This document shows, in pieces, positions 8,825-18,699 of a DNA stretch of 40,846 nucleotides (positions within the stretch are counted from its first letter, which is position 1; every line of letters starts with the position of its first letter). The translations under genes and the position numbers were made by a program. The notes under the pieces are model-generated. The model worked only from the letters and a program-made list of their open reading frames with translations. It ran no database searches and was not told where the DNA came from. Where the stretch lies: contig WQSK01000004.1 of assembly GCA_009787915.1 (NCBI GenBank), positions 1 through 40,846 on the forward strand, given 5' to 3'. Source of the stretch: Bacillota bacterium (GTDB taxonomy: Bacteria; Bacillota; Clostridia; Christensenellales; UBA1242).

Positions 8825-11284
8825 TCATGTTCCGACAATGTTTTTGCCGCCGCGACATCTAAGGTAGTATTTTCTTAGCATATCCATTGGCACAATCGCC
8901 AAAGCAAACATAACCGCAACCAAAAGATGCCCAATCAAAAGCGGTTCCGCCCTAAACACATTCCCCCCAAAGAAGATAAGCAATATCTGGGCAAGCGTCA
9001 CAATCGCCATAATAATCACAAACGGTTTGTTAAGCAAAAGTCCCTGTACTGGGTTCAAACTATGAGTTCGGGAATTGAAACTGTTAAAGATGTTCACGAA
9101 CATAAAGAAGGCAAAGAACGCAGTCATCGCATACACCGTACCATGCGGGCTTAGCGAATTTTGCACAATCGGAGATAATATAAAAAACATAGACATCAGA
9201 GAAATCACAAATGTTCCATAAAGAATCTGCCCCCACATATATTTGTTGACAATTGGTTCATCTCGTCGTTTTGGGGCTTCGGACATGTATTTTTTATGAG
9301 GTCGCTCTCCCCCAAACGCTATGCCTGCTAGGGTATCCATGACGATGTTAATCCATAGCATCTGCATAACGGTTATTGGCATACCTACGCCAAAGAACGG
9401 AGCCAAAATTGAAATCGCCATAGCAACAAAGTTTATTGTCAGTTTGAAAATCAAAAACTTTCTAATCGACTTGAATATTGTGCGCCCGTAACTTGTGGCT
9501 TTGGCGATGCTTGTGATATTGTCGTCCATTATGACTATGTCACCTGCTTCTTTGGCGACCTCGGTGCCACTCCCCATTGAAAAGCCAACATCCGCGGATT
9601 TAAGGGCGGGTGCATCATTAACCCCGTCCCCTGTCATCCCGACAACCAGCCCAAGACTCTGCGCCACCATAACCAAACGGCTCTTGTCATTCGGGAGTGC
9701 CCTTGCAACGACACGGAGGTTAGGTAAAACCAGTTTCAATTTATCGTCACTTAGTTTCCCAAGTTCTTTTGACGTCAAAACAACTTCGTTTGAATCCCCT
9801 GTAAGGATTCCGACTTCACGGGCAACGGCGATTGCGGTTTCACGGTTATCCCCCGTTATCATAACAGTTTGAACCCCTGCGGTTCGCATATTGGAAACGG
9901 CGGTAATTGCCTCGGGGCGAACATTGTCGCGAATGGCTACCAAGCCCACAAAAGTACTGTCCACCGCAACTGCGATTACGCGGTATGCTTTTTGGGTGAA
10001 CCCCGCGACTGCTCTGTTATATTCGGTCAGGTCCTTGCCTTTACACATCGCAAAGATGACCTCGGGTGCGCCTTTGTACAAAACACGGCCGTCCGCCAAA
10101 GTTGTTTTCATATATTTGTCGCGACTGTTAAAAGGAGTTTGGTTTTTAACATCAACACTTTGATATTTACGGCTTGAGGCATATTCCAACAAAATCCTAT
10201 CCGTAAAGTTCCCACCAATTGCCCGACCGCTCTCGTTGATTCGGGCACTTGTGTCGTAACGCAAAATCGTATTAAGCATCTCCTCGTCATCCGTTACGAC
10301 TTCTACGACTTCCAAATGTCCGTTTGTAAGGGTTCCTGTTTTGTCGGTGAACAAGATGTTCATGCTCCCCGCGGTTTCGATACCTCCGAGTTTCCTCACC
10401 AGAACATTGTCTTTCATCATGTGTTTCATATTGGAGGCGAAAACAACCGTTATCATCATGGGGAGCCCCTCGGGCACAACCATAACAATGACCGATACGA
10501 TAAGCGTCCCCGTATGGACGATATGTCTGAATCCAAATGTTTCCCCATTAATAACGAGGGCGTTAAAAAGATACGCACCCGCAATCACGACCGCACCGAT
10601 ATAGCCGATGACACTTATAAGTTTCGCCAAATGCTCCAGTTTGATTTTAAGCGGGCTTTTTGGTTGTTCGGATTGAAGTTCCGACGCCATCTTTCCATAA
10701 AAAGTATTATCACCCACGTGTGTCACTCGCATGACTGCCTCGCCGTTTGTTACAACGGTTCCTGAATAAACGATACCTGAACTCACCCCTGGTTGTTTTG
10801 TGGCTTCGGCACTCTCGCCATTTATAAGGGATTGGTCGACCTCGATTTTACCGCTTATCACCTGACCGTCTGCGGGGATTTTGTCCCCCGCCGACAAATA
10901 CACAATGTCGCCAACAACCAAATCTTCAATTGGAATCTCTGTTGCCCCTTGCGACCGCTGGGCCCGAACCTTTATATTTTGAACCGCGCGCTGGAGTTTC
11001 TCGAACGCCGCTTGGCTCCCTTGCTCTGATATTGTAGAAACAACAACTGCAATCAAAATCGCCGCTGCTATACCGATTGTTTCCAGGACACTTTCATGAC
11101 GGAAAACAAACATACTGTTGACCGCGAGTGCGACCAGGAGAATTTTTAACATAGGGTCGTTAAAGTTCGCCAAAAAATTCCTAAGCCACGACACACGCCG
11201 TTTTTGCGTGATAACATTTGCGCCGTGTTCTTTGCGACTACTTACAACCTGTTCTGGGGTCAAACCATCGTGCTTTAACGCCAT
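8825..11284 (-). CDS. Cation-translocating (Ca2+-type, P2) P-type ATPase
   Basis: NGES, VPEGLP, DKTGTLT, KGAPE, TGDN, GDGVNDAPAL, LWINIVMD. Confidence 0.95.
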   Translation of the reverse strand: MALKHDGLTPEQVVSSRKEHGANVITQKRRVSWLRNFLANFNDPMLKILLVALAVNSMFVFRHESVLETIGIAAAILIAVVVSTISEQGSQAAFEKLQRAVQNIKVRAQRSQGATEIPIEDLVVGDIVYLSAGDKIPADGQVISGKIEVDQSLINGESAEATKQPGVSSGIVYSGTVVTNGEAVMRVTHVGDNTFYGKMASELQSEQPKSPLKIKLEHLAKLISVIGYIGAVVIAGAYLFNALVINGETFGFRHIVHTGTLIVSVIVMVVPEGLPMMITVVFASNMKHMMKDNVLVRKLGGIETAGSMNILFTDKTGTLTNGHLEVVEVVTDDEEMLNTILRYDTSARINESGRAIGGNFTDRILLEYASSRKYQSVDVKNQTPFNSRDKYMKTTLADGRVLYKGAPEVIFAMCKGKDLTEYNRAVAGFTQKAYRVIAVAVDSTFVGLVAIRDNVRPEAITAVSNMRTAGVQTVMITGDNRETAIAVAREVGILTGDSNEVVLTSKELGKLSDDKLKLVLPNLRVVARALPNDKSRLVMVAQSLGLVVGMTGDGVNDAPALKSADVGFSMGSGTEVAKEAGDIVIMDDNITSIAKATSYGRTIFKSIRKFLIFKLTINFVAMAISILAPFFGVGMPITVMQMLWINIVMDTLAGIAFGGERPHKKYMSEAPKRRDEPIVNKYMWGQILYGTFVISLMSMFFILSPIVQNSLSPHGTVYAMTAFFAFFMFVNIFNSFNSRTHSLNPVQGLLLNKPFVIIMAIVTLAQILLIFFGGNVFRAEPLLIGHLLVAVMFALAIVPMDMLRKYYLRCRGGKNIVGT

Positions 11285-11312
11285 GGACTATACATATGTA
11301 CAACCTATTTGG

Positions 11313-12095
11313 TTATTGTCGTCTTTGTTGTTGGTACAGAGCCATAACCAATCTATCAATCTTTTTCTGTGCAAGGTTTTTTCTGTACGCAAAAGCCGTT
11401 GACCTAAGAATCGGATATAATAGCCTTCTTAAAAAACGCAACATGTCTTGAATCCCTGGCAGACCCAAAATCAGGTTCAGCAAACCTTTTGGTGTAACAA
11501 TAAAACCAATTTCACCAAGGGGTCCATCAAATAACTCTAGCAATGCCCCGACAGTGTTAAACGGATATTTGAATTTTATGAAAAACAATGCCCAATGCCA
11601 CCCCGCCGTTGCCGTCGTCAAAGCGACCTTGACTTTAAAGTCAATCTTTTTACAAAAACCCCTTGTAATGGGATTCCACCATGCTGTGTTCCAAAAACGT
11701 GCAAGCCACTCTACTGTCACTGGTTCATTTTTATATGGGTTGTCGCGCATCTCTTGTATAACACGGTCAATCTCGGCTTTTATGCGGGCGGCTTCGGCAT
11801 AGCGATTGCTGTTAGCAATCAAATAATTGTGGAACTCGCCCCAAAGACCATGCTCCTCGGTGTCTACTTTTAAATGCTCGTAGTCTGGTTGGATTGGTTC
11901 TTCTTTATCCTCATCATTTTCAGGTAGCGGGTGATATTCATAGTCGTCATTAAATTGCGCGAATTCAATGTGTTCATTTTCGTCACCAACATCGGGTGCA
12001 TCCTGATATTCGTTATCTATTACAAGTCCGCCCGAAGATTCCTCGTCCTCAACGTACTCAGATTGTGTTTGGGGTTGTATTTCGTTCTCCTCCAC
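11313..12095 (-). CDS. Hypothetical protein, highly acidic N-terminus and hydrophobic C-terminal half
   Basis: 260-aa ORF filling the gap; no recognised motif. Confidence 0.65.
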   Translation of the reverse strand: MEENEIQPQTQSEYVEDEESSGGLVIDNEYQDAPDVGDENEHIEFAQFNDDYEYHPLPENDEDKEEPIQPDYEHLKVDTEEHGLWGEFHNYLIANSNRYAEAARIKAEIDRVIQEMRDNPYKNEPVTVEWLARFWNTAWWNPITRGFCKKIDFKVKVALTTATAGWHWALFFIKFKYPFNTVGALLELFDGPLGEIGFIVTPKGLLNLILGLPGIQDMLRFLRRLLYPILRSTAFAYRKNLAQKKIDRLVMALYQQQRRQ

Positions 12096-12207
12096 ACCCG
12101 AATATCACATACATTGCGATACATAGCAACTAAAATCACATATATTGTGGCATTTTACTACCTTTGATGTGTATATCTCACAATGAATACCACTTTATAA
12201 TGCTTTT

Positions 12208-12522
12208 ATGGACAAAATCGAGATAATTGAGCGCATAAGCAAACTACGCACGCGGGCAAACTTGTCAGCACGGGCATTGTCCCAGCGCATCGACCTTAAC
12301 GACGGGTATATAAATCGTCTTGAGAGCAAAAAAGATTTTTTACCAAGCGTCGAGGTGTTGCTTAAAATTATCGAGGTTTGCAATTCCAGCCCAGCCGAGT
12401 TTTTCTACCGCGACATGGACGCATATAAAAGCGACCTGCCTATAATAGAACTCTTGGATGCCGTTGACCAAAATTCAAAAACACTTGTCAAAGAACTTAT
12501 TCAGCGCATGACAAAAAGTTAA
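12208..12522 (+). CDS. XRE-family helix-turn-helix regulator
   Basis: RISKLRTRANLSARALS...YINRLES...PSVEVLLKI...PAEFF; TATAAT 6 nt upstream. Confidence 0.9.
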   Translation: MDKIEIIERISKLRTRANLSARALSQRIDLNDGYINRLESKKDFLPSVEVLLKIIEVCNSSPAEFFYRDMDAYKSDLPIIELLDAVDQNSKTLVKELIQRMTKS

Positions 12523-13277
12523 ATCCTCCCGCCTTCTTTGACAAGCCATTCACCGCTTTCAAAAGTTCCGCGTTTTCCTTTAAACCGCAAATCCAAACGG
12601 ATGTCGATACTGTCGCAATAATCAAGGTATATAGATTTAAACACATTTTCTAACGTATCAAATGAAACACCCTGATTACCAGGAAACAGTTTTTCGGTTT
12701 CTTCTTTGGTCATATCGGTTTGCATATCAATGTGAATCGCCACCATATTTGTATAGTCATCATAAACAATCTCGAACTTGGGCTCCCTCAGCAAAGTAAA
12801 GTCCGTTATATCTTTTTTAAACTCCGCCTCTGTCGCAGGCAAAACAAACGGCCAAGGCTCCCCTGAAGGGTACTTGTACATATTTGTGACCTTTGCGAGT
12901 TTACCGAGCAAACTCTGCCACTCTTGTTCAGAGTACAAACCCATCGGCAGATTAAACCCTGTGTGGTCGAGGCGTGTAATCCGCCCATGCAGTTTTTTAA
13001 GGACTTCTTCACACGAAAAGCGTTTGACGGCAAGCGGTTGCTTGGTATTGCGGTCAGTCATATTGAAAAACTTTGTGCCGCCCAAAAGCAAATGCACAAA
13101 GTTCGCATTGTCGCAAAGTCTAAACACCGTGACGGGGTTAAGGTTTTTGTTACCAATGTGGATTTTACCCGCTTTTGGGGTCGTGACATATTTTATATCC
13201 TTAAACAACGAGGTCAGCAACCCAAACAATTTTTTGTTCTTCCCCGTGTTTGGGAAAACATAAACAACCTCTCTCAC
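12519..13277 (-). CDS. Hypothetical protein (possible VOC/glyoxalase-like C-terminal fold)
   Basis: Coupled to scpB by GTGA overlap; LDHTGFNL loosely resembles a VOC strand. Confidence 0.65.
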   Translation of the reverse strand: MREVVYVFPNTGKNKKLFGLLTSLFKDIKYVTTPKAGKIHIGNKNLNPVTVFRLCDNANFVHLLLGGTKFFNMTDRNTKQPLAVKRFSCEEVLKKLHGRITRLDHTGFNLPMGLYSEQEWQSLLGKLAKVTNMYKYPSGEPWPFVLPATEAEFKKDITDFTLLREPKFEIVYDDYTNMVAIHIDMQTDMTKEETEKLFPGNQGVSFDTLENVFKSIYLDYCDSIDIRLDLRFKGKRGTFESGEWLVKEGGRI

Positions 13278-13828
13278 GACGTCCTTGCGAACAAATCTGT
13301 GGTTTCAATGGTTTTAAGTTTTTCCATCATTTGTTCGTAACTTGGGAGTGCATCAATATCAGGTAACTCGAACCGCTTTAAAAACGTATCGGTGGTTCCA
13401 TACAAAATTGGTTTCCCCAAGGCCTCTTTTTTCCCGACGACAGAAATCAAATCATTTTGCAACAAAACGTGTACGGCATAGTCACTTCCCACACCACGAA
13501 TTTCGTCAATCTCGGGTTTTGTAATTGGTTGTTTGTAGGCAATAATCGCCATGGTTTCAAGGGCCGCACGCGTCAAACTCTTTTCACGCACAGGGTTCAA
13601 AACCGAAGCCACCGATTCGGCAATATTTGGGTTTGTGCAAAACTGATAGTTATTGCGGTACTTAATCAAATGCACACCGCTCTCCCCGCCATATTTTTTT
13701 TGCAACTTATCAATCGCGGTTTGTATCTCTTTTTCTTTTACCCCAAATTTCTCGGCTAAAAATGCAACCGACAAACCCTCGCCCGACACAAACAAAACCG
13801 CTTCCAATTCCCCACACAGTTTTTCCAT
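13274..13828 (-). CDS. scpB: SMC-Scp complex subunit ScpB
   Basis: EAVLFVSGE, LTRAALETMAIIAYKQPIT, EIRGV, GKPILYGTTDTFLKRF. Confidence 0.96.
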   Translation of the reverse strand: MEKLCGELEAVLFVSGEGLSVAFLAEKFGVKEKEIQTAIDKLQKKYGGESGVHLIKYRNNYQFCTNPNIAESVASVLNPVREKSLTRAALETMAIIAYKQPITKPEIDEIRGVGSDYAVHVLLQNDLISVVGKKEALGKPILYGTTDTFLKRFELPDIDALPSYEQMMEKLKTIETTDLFARTS

Positions 13829-13870
13829 CTTGGAACAAGTATACCGCGTAAAAACTAAAAAAGCAAATAT

Positions 13871-14563
13871 TTATTCAATCTCTGTTTCTTTAATACCAAA
13901 CACACTTTCAAAACTCGGGGTGATATATTCTTCTTGTATTCGCTTTACAAATTCGACTTGGAATTGATTCAGTTCACCCGCCATCTTTCGCGCCGTCGGT
14001 GTGTTCATTGCCTCAGCAAGACGCAGGGTTTTCCGAACTATGCTATGAACTGTAGACACATTTTTGTCACCCTCGGTAAAGTCACCTTGGGTCAGCGGAA
14101 TATCAGGCACAAATATCGGGTGACCGTGTGCATGGCCATACTCCAATTGACGATACAAGCCCATCGCCCCTAACATATCAAGGTTGTCGGCATCCTGTAA
14201 TATTTTTGATTCGATATCTTTCACGGTAACACCTTGTTCTGAAAAAGCATACTCCTCGTGGTGCTCTATCGCATAACAGACGTGCTGTTTTTGTTGTTCG
14301 GTAAGTGGCAAATCGGAAATTAGTTCGCGAACCAATGGTATGCTTTCAACTGGAGGCACAAACCGTTTCTCTTTGGTTTGCATTATTCGGTGCAAGTCAT
14401 GCAAAAAAGAAGAAGTTGCTATTACCAACTTGTCACCGCCCTCGTGTTCCCAAATCTTGAGTGCAAAATTCAATGTTCGCCAAAGGTGCGTCATATTATG
14501 TCCAGTTTTATCATCGCCAAAGATTTGAACTACTTTTGATTCCAGTTGTTTAATAATCTGCAT
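13871..14563 (-). CDS. HD-domain phosphohydrolase (YedJ-like)
   Basis: HNMTHLWR, LHDL, EHH, LQDADNLDMLGAMG; SD GGAGG. Confidence 0.88.
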   Translation of the reverse strand: MQIIKQLESKVVQIFGDDKTGHNMTHLWRTLNFALKIWEHEGGDKLVIATSSFLHDLHRIMQTKEKRFVPPVESIPLVRELISDLPLTEQQKQHVCYAIEHHEEYAFSEQGVTVKDIESKILQDADNLDMLGAMGLYRQLEYGHAHGHPIFVPDIPLTQGDFTEGDKNVSTVHSIVRKTLRLAEAMNTPTARKMAGELNQFQVEFVKRIQEEYITPSFESVFGIKETEIE

Positions 14564-14566
14564 TTT

Positions 14567-15616
14567 TTATTTTACCTCCAATTCTTGCTTCTTAGACAAA
14601 CCACACGCACCCAACTTTTTGTCATACCGCCCCAAAAACTCTGGCAAAGTGACCTCACCGTCATAGTCCAACAATACAACCTCTTTGTGCAAATCGTGAC
14701 CATAGTACTCTTTGACCTTTTGTGTCACATGGGAAAACCATTTGGCAACGTCTTTGTCAGTAGTATGCGGTTCGGTTTTAAATAGCCTCGCACCATTCGA
14801 ACTGAACGTTGCACCATTCGCGTCAATGTTTATGTCAGGATTTTCAGAGAGCATCATCTGAATCTTTTTACCCGTCGCCATAACAATGTGTCCGCCCGAA
14901 AACACCGAACCTGCCGTACCTTCTTTGAAACCAAAATAAGAACTCTCGCGCCGCTCCTCCGTTTGTCGTTGCACCAGTTCTTTAACATTTTCTTTACCAA
15001 TGTATTCACTGGCAAGCACGCTCTCGACCACAATATAACGTGTCTTTCCTTTGTTTTGTTGTTTCAAAAAACTGTCACGAGTACCAAAGAAATCTCCATC
15101 GGGTGTCATCCACTCGAATTCACCCTTTTGTAAATCAAAAACCTTGATTCTCTTAACAAAATAATCAAAGTCCCTCTTGGTCGGATTTGCAGGCCAGCCA
15201 GAGTTCCCAACAATCCCCGCCCCAACAAGACCTGGAACGCCCGTCAAAGGTGAAAAATCGTAGCCTCGTTCCGTCGTGTCTTTTACAAGCACACCTACCG
15301 TCGCATTCGCCGATACATGAAACTCGGATGTTTTTTCATCAAATTTTATTCCTGCACCTTTCGTTCCCACCGCAACAAAGAGCCCGTCATAACCGCGCTC
15401 GCTGATTAACAAGTTTGTGCCTTGCGAAAACAAGACAAACGGGAGATTTTCTTTGTACAGTTCACCAAAAACTTTCAAGTCATTCTCCATTGTTTCATCA
15501 AAACAAAGTTCATAGAAAAACTTTGCGTTGCCCGTTTTCTTTTTGAACAAATGTCTTTTCGCCAAAGGATAATTCACCGAAACTTCACGGCTTAACTTAG
15601 CCAAAATTTTTTCCAT
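14567..15616 (-). CDS. Divergent MurB-like FAD-binding oxidoreductase
   Basis: QGTNLLISERGYDG, GVPGLVGAGIVGNSG, FGTRDS, TAGSVF, HKEVV follow the MurB motif order; start uncertain (ATG 15616 or TTG 15643). Confidence 0.7.
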   Translation of the reverse strand: MEKILAKLSREVSVNYPLAKRHLFKKKTGNAKFFYELCFDETMENDLKVFGELYKENLPFVLFSQGTNLLISERGYDGLFVAVGTKGAGIKFDEKTSEFHVSANATVGVLVKDTTERGYDFSPLTGVPGLVGAGIVGNSGWPANPTKRDFDYFVKRIKVFDLQKGEFEWMTPDGDFFGTRDSFLKQQNKGKTRYIVVESVLASEYIGKENVKELVQRQTEERRESSYFGFKEGTAGSVFSGGHIVMATGKKIQMMLSENPDINIDANGATFSSNGARLFKTEPHTTDKDVAKWFSHVTQKVKEYYGHDLHKEVVLLDYDGEVTLPEFLGRYDKKLGACGLSKKQELEVK

Positions 15617-15626
15617 AAACAAATTA

Positions 15627-16298
15627 TTAAACCCCCTCGACAAATTCGCCGTTTATAAATTTTTTGGCTCCATGCCCAACCATGTAGATTTTCCCCCCGT
15701 CTACAATAACCGCCGAGTCATCCGACAAAGCATACACAGGCACACCGCCGTTAATCTTGCTCTCCCCTATACTGGCTTCCAGGCCTTCCCCGTGTTCGCT
15801 GTCGGCACCTACGTGTGGGCGGATACTTAGATTTACAAGTTCCAAATACCTATCCACATCGCACGAGATTGATTTACCCGTGTCAAGACGGAACTCGTTC
15901 GGAGGGCGAACCCCTGTGACGCAAGAGCCCGCACTGCTCCCCACCCAGACTTTGGTTTTTAAAAGTTTCGGGAGGGTTTTTGTGAAACCACTTTTGTTGA
16001 AAACACTTTGTAAATAATCCACGTGTCCGCCCATACACCAAATAACGTCGGCTTTGGCAATGCGTTTTTCGTTTTCCGCCAAACTCTCGTTTCGCAAATC
16101 ACAAAGATACATCCCACCGCCAAATGTTTCGGCTACTTTTGAAAGACTATTCAACAACCACCGAACATCCCAGTCCTCGATTTGCGAACACTCGTTCAAA
16201 ATCGCCGCGCTAATCTTGCTGGCGGGCTTTCCCGTCAACTCTACAATCTTTTTTGTAATCGCATCCGTATTGTACGCGGACATTAAGACAAGTTTCAT
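15627..16298 (-). CDS. Peptidase S51 (PepE-like)
   Basis: ADVIWCMGG, WVGSSAGS, IRPH; ATGA coupling to the upstream gene. Confidence 0.8.
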   Translation of the reverse strand: MKLVLMSAYNTDAITKKIVELTGKPASKISAAILNECSQIEDWDVRWLLNSLSKVAETFGGGMYLCDLRNESLAENEKRIAKADVIWCMGGHVDYLQSVFNKSGFTKTLPKLLKTKVWVGSSAGSCVTGVRPPNEFRLDTGKSISCDVDRYLELVNLSIRPHVGADSEHGEGLEASIGESKINGGVPVYALSDDSAVIVDGGKIYMVGHGAKKFINGEFVEGV

Positions 16299-16867
16299 TT
16301 CTTCACCCTTTTGTCAAAATCGAATTTTATAAGTTCACAATTCATCATCTCGGGTGTGTCGCGGTAAAATCCACTCTTTGGTTTGCCATCAAAGTACGCC
16401 TTGAACACACGCCCTACACCGCCATGCGCCACAACCAATATGTCTTTCCCTTTGTGTTCCTCCCAAAGTTCATCAAGGAAACTTTTGACGCGCGCTTCTA
16501 CCGCTTCAAAAGATTCAACCGTAGAATAATCGTATAATTTGCGCTCGCTAAAAAAATCGTCATCAAAGTCTGGGTGTTTCATCCACTCAAGCCCCTCGTA
16601 ATCACCACAATAGTATTCAATGATGCGCGCATCAATTATAACAGGAGGCCTCTTATCGGCAGGTCGTGCCGTCAATATAAGTTCGCACGTCTGTTTTGTT
16701 CTAAGCAACGGACTGGCAAAAACCAAATCAAATTTGACGTCTTTGATTTTGTGTCCGAGGTCTACCGCCTGCTTGACACCTTTCCCTGTCAGGATAGTAT
16801 CAGAGTACCCACTCCAGTTCCCTTGCTTGTTAAAAAACGTTTCCCCATGTCTTACGTAATAAATCAT
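16295..16867 (-). CDS. Histidine phosphatase (phosphoglycerate mutase family)
   Basis: RHGET, SPLLRTKQT, IIEY, LVVAHGG; ATGA coupling to scpA. Confidence 0.92.
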   Translation of the reverse strand: MIYYVRHGETFFNKQGNWSGYSDTILTGKGVKQAVDLGHKIKDVKFDLVFASPLLRTKQTCELILTARPADKRPPVIIDARIIEYYCGDYEGLEWMKHPDFDDDFFSERKLYDYSTVESFEAVEARVKSFLDELWEEHKGKDILVVAHGGVGRVFKAYFDGKPKSGFYRDTPEMMNCELIKFDFDKRVKK

Positions 16868-17595
16868 TTCTTTGCCTCAATTTTGATGTCCGCAAATTGG
16901 TTGTCTTGAACAACGCCAATCTCGCCCGTTTTTAAAAGTTCCAACAATGCAAGGAAAGTATTAATAACTTCGCTCTTTGTAAAGTCCGCCTCGAACAGGT
17001 CAAAAAACATAACACGTTTGCCCGAGGTTATCCGCGTTCGGATGTCAGCCATTTTGTCGCCAACGGTAAAGCGGTCCATGCGTATTTGTTTCGTCACAAT
17101 CTGCGGAGCATTAAATTGCAAACGGTGCATGACCTTTTGAAAAGCGGAGGTCAGCATATCAATACTTAGGTTATCCAAAACATATTTGTATTCTGGCTTG
17201 AATTCCACAGGGGCTTTGTAAAAGCGGTCTACGTTTTCGGTTTCTTTTAATTTTTCGCTGGCTTCCTTTAACAACTTGTATTCTTCCAATTGCCTCAAAA
17301 GTTTCGCCTCGATGTCCTCGGGGTCCTCCTCGATTTTTTCTTTTGGTAAAATCCCTCGGCTTTTGATTTCAACAAGGGTTGCCCCTATATCAATGAACTC
17401 GACGGCATCATCCAAATTCAACTGGTCAAGTTGTGACAAAAATTCAAGATACTGCTCTGTCACCAAAGAAAGTTGCACGGTTTTGATGTCCAACTTTTTT
17501 TCACGAATTAAATGGAGCAACAAATCCAACGGCCCATCAAAGTCGGTTATATGAATATGATGCTTTTGCTGTGCGGTTTCGTTTTGTTGTTCCAT
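16864..17595 (-). CDS. scpA: SMC-Scp complex kleisin ScpA
   Basis: FDGPLDLLLHLI, TEQYL, EIKSR, FLALLELLK. Confidence 0.96.
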   Translation of the reverse strand: MEQQNETAQQKHHIHITDFDGPLDLLLHLIREKKLDIKTVQLSLVTEQYLEFLSQLDQLNLDDAVEFIDIGATLVEIKSRGILPKEKIEEDPEDIEAKLLRQLEEYKLLKEASEKLKETENVDRFYKAPVEFKPEYKYVLDNLSIDMLTSAFQKVMHRLQFNAPQIVTKQIRMDRFTVGDKMADIRTRITSGKRVMFFDLFEADFTKSEVINTFLALLELLKTGEIGVVQDNQFADIKIEAKK

Positions 17596-17603
17596 ACTTT
17601 ATA

Positions 17604-18272
17604 CTAAAACATTAGCCCCCAAAAATCAAAGAATAAATTAACAATATGCCCGCCAAGCAGACCAATTGCATTTGTAAACATCAAAACCATCATTACGACA
17701 AGGAGCACCGCCATAGAATTCTGCCTAACAAAACTCATGTAACTGTTGTTTGGTTTTGTGAAACTTGCCAAAATGTTGTACCCGTCCAACGGAAATATCG
17801 GCAAGAGATTAAACAACATCAAAGACACATTAATAATCGTCAAAAACCAAAACAATTGATACAGCATAAACATCCCCACGTTCGCTGTCGGATTTCCAAA
17901 TGTAAATATTAAATACAAGCACAAACTGGATATAAACCCGATTATTAAGTTTACTACTATGCCCGCGATACTTACAAAAAAATTGCCCTTTCTGAAATTT
18001 CGGTAATTAAATGGGTTTACGGGAACTGGCTTTGCCCAACCTATGCCTGCCAAAACAAAAGACAAAAGACCCAACGGGTCTATGTGACGTGCAGGGTTTG
18101 GGCTTAGACGCTTCATCATCTTTGCGGTCGGGTCACCATTCCAAAGTGCGACCAAACCGTGTGCAATCTCGTGCGCGACAATCGCCACCACAAGGGCGAG
18201 CGCGAACATCAAAATCATCGCGAACACATAAAGTGCTGGCCAGTTATTGTTTTGGATTGCAAAGAACAACAC
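17604..18272 (-). CDS. Site-2 protease (M50) membrane metalloprotease
   Basis: HEIAH, GDPTAK, GWAKPVPVNP, NLLPIFPLDG; promoter TTGCAC-17-TAAACT-6 nt-GTG. Confidence 0.93.
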   Translation of the reverse strand: MLFFAIQNNNWPALYVFAMILMFALALVVAIVAHEIAHGLVALWNGDPTAKMMKRLSPNPARHIDPLGLLSFVLAGIGWAKPVPVNPFNYRNFRKGNFFVSIAGIVVNLIIGFISSLCLYLIFTFGNPTANVGMFMLYQLFWFLTIINVSLMLFNLLPIFPLDGYNILASFTKPNNSYMSFVRQNSMAVLLVVMMVLMFTNAIGLLGGHIVNLFFDFWGLMF

Positions 18273-18312
18273 AAAGAGAGTTTAGCGTATAAAACGAACT
18301 TGTGCAAGGGTG

Positions 18313-18498
18313 TTATCCTTGATTCATTGAAAAACCGTCTTCGGGTTGTTCTGAAAAAACTTCTGGTTCAAAAACTGGGGCTTGGGTTTCGACCACGGGT
18401 TCTGCTTGGACTGGCTCGGAAACAACTGGTGCCTGAACAGCAACAGGTTCAAGGAAAACTTCTTCTGGTTCTTTATTTTGATTCGGGAAATACCACAT
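18313..18498 (-). CDS. Small acidic Glu/Pro/Val-rich protein (61 aa)
   Basis: Fills the gap; TATACT 5 nt upstream; repeated EPV motifs. Confidence 0.5.
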   Translation of the reverse strand: MWYFPNQNKEPEEVFLEPVAVQAPVVSEPVQAEPVVETQAPVFEPEVFSEQPEDGFSMNQG

Positions 18499-18502
18499 GG
18501 GT

Positions 18503-18699
18503 TAGTATATTACGGCGGCGACGCACATGTGCCTCGCTTGTTCTTTTACAGTTTGCAATCTTTTTCCGAAAATCGCTTCAAGACAATTTATAAATTAAAT
18601 ATTATCAAAAGATATAAAAGCCTTGAAAGTGATTTTACGTCAAAAGTGCAAACCTTGTAAAAAACAAGGGAGGCACATGTGCGCCGCCGCAACATATTA
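18503..18699. repeat. ~197-bp palindromic element (copy B)
   Basis: CGGCGG..CGCACATGTGCCTC.CTTGTT.TTTTACA pairs with TGTAAAAAACAAG.GAGGCACATGTGCGCCGCCG; same inner helix as copy A. Confidence 0.9.

Noticed and set aside
18382-18660. Plus-strand ORF reading through palindrome B
   Set aside because: Copy A has a 1-nt indel in the shared core, so the conservation is not coding.
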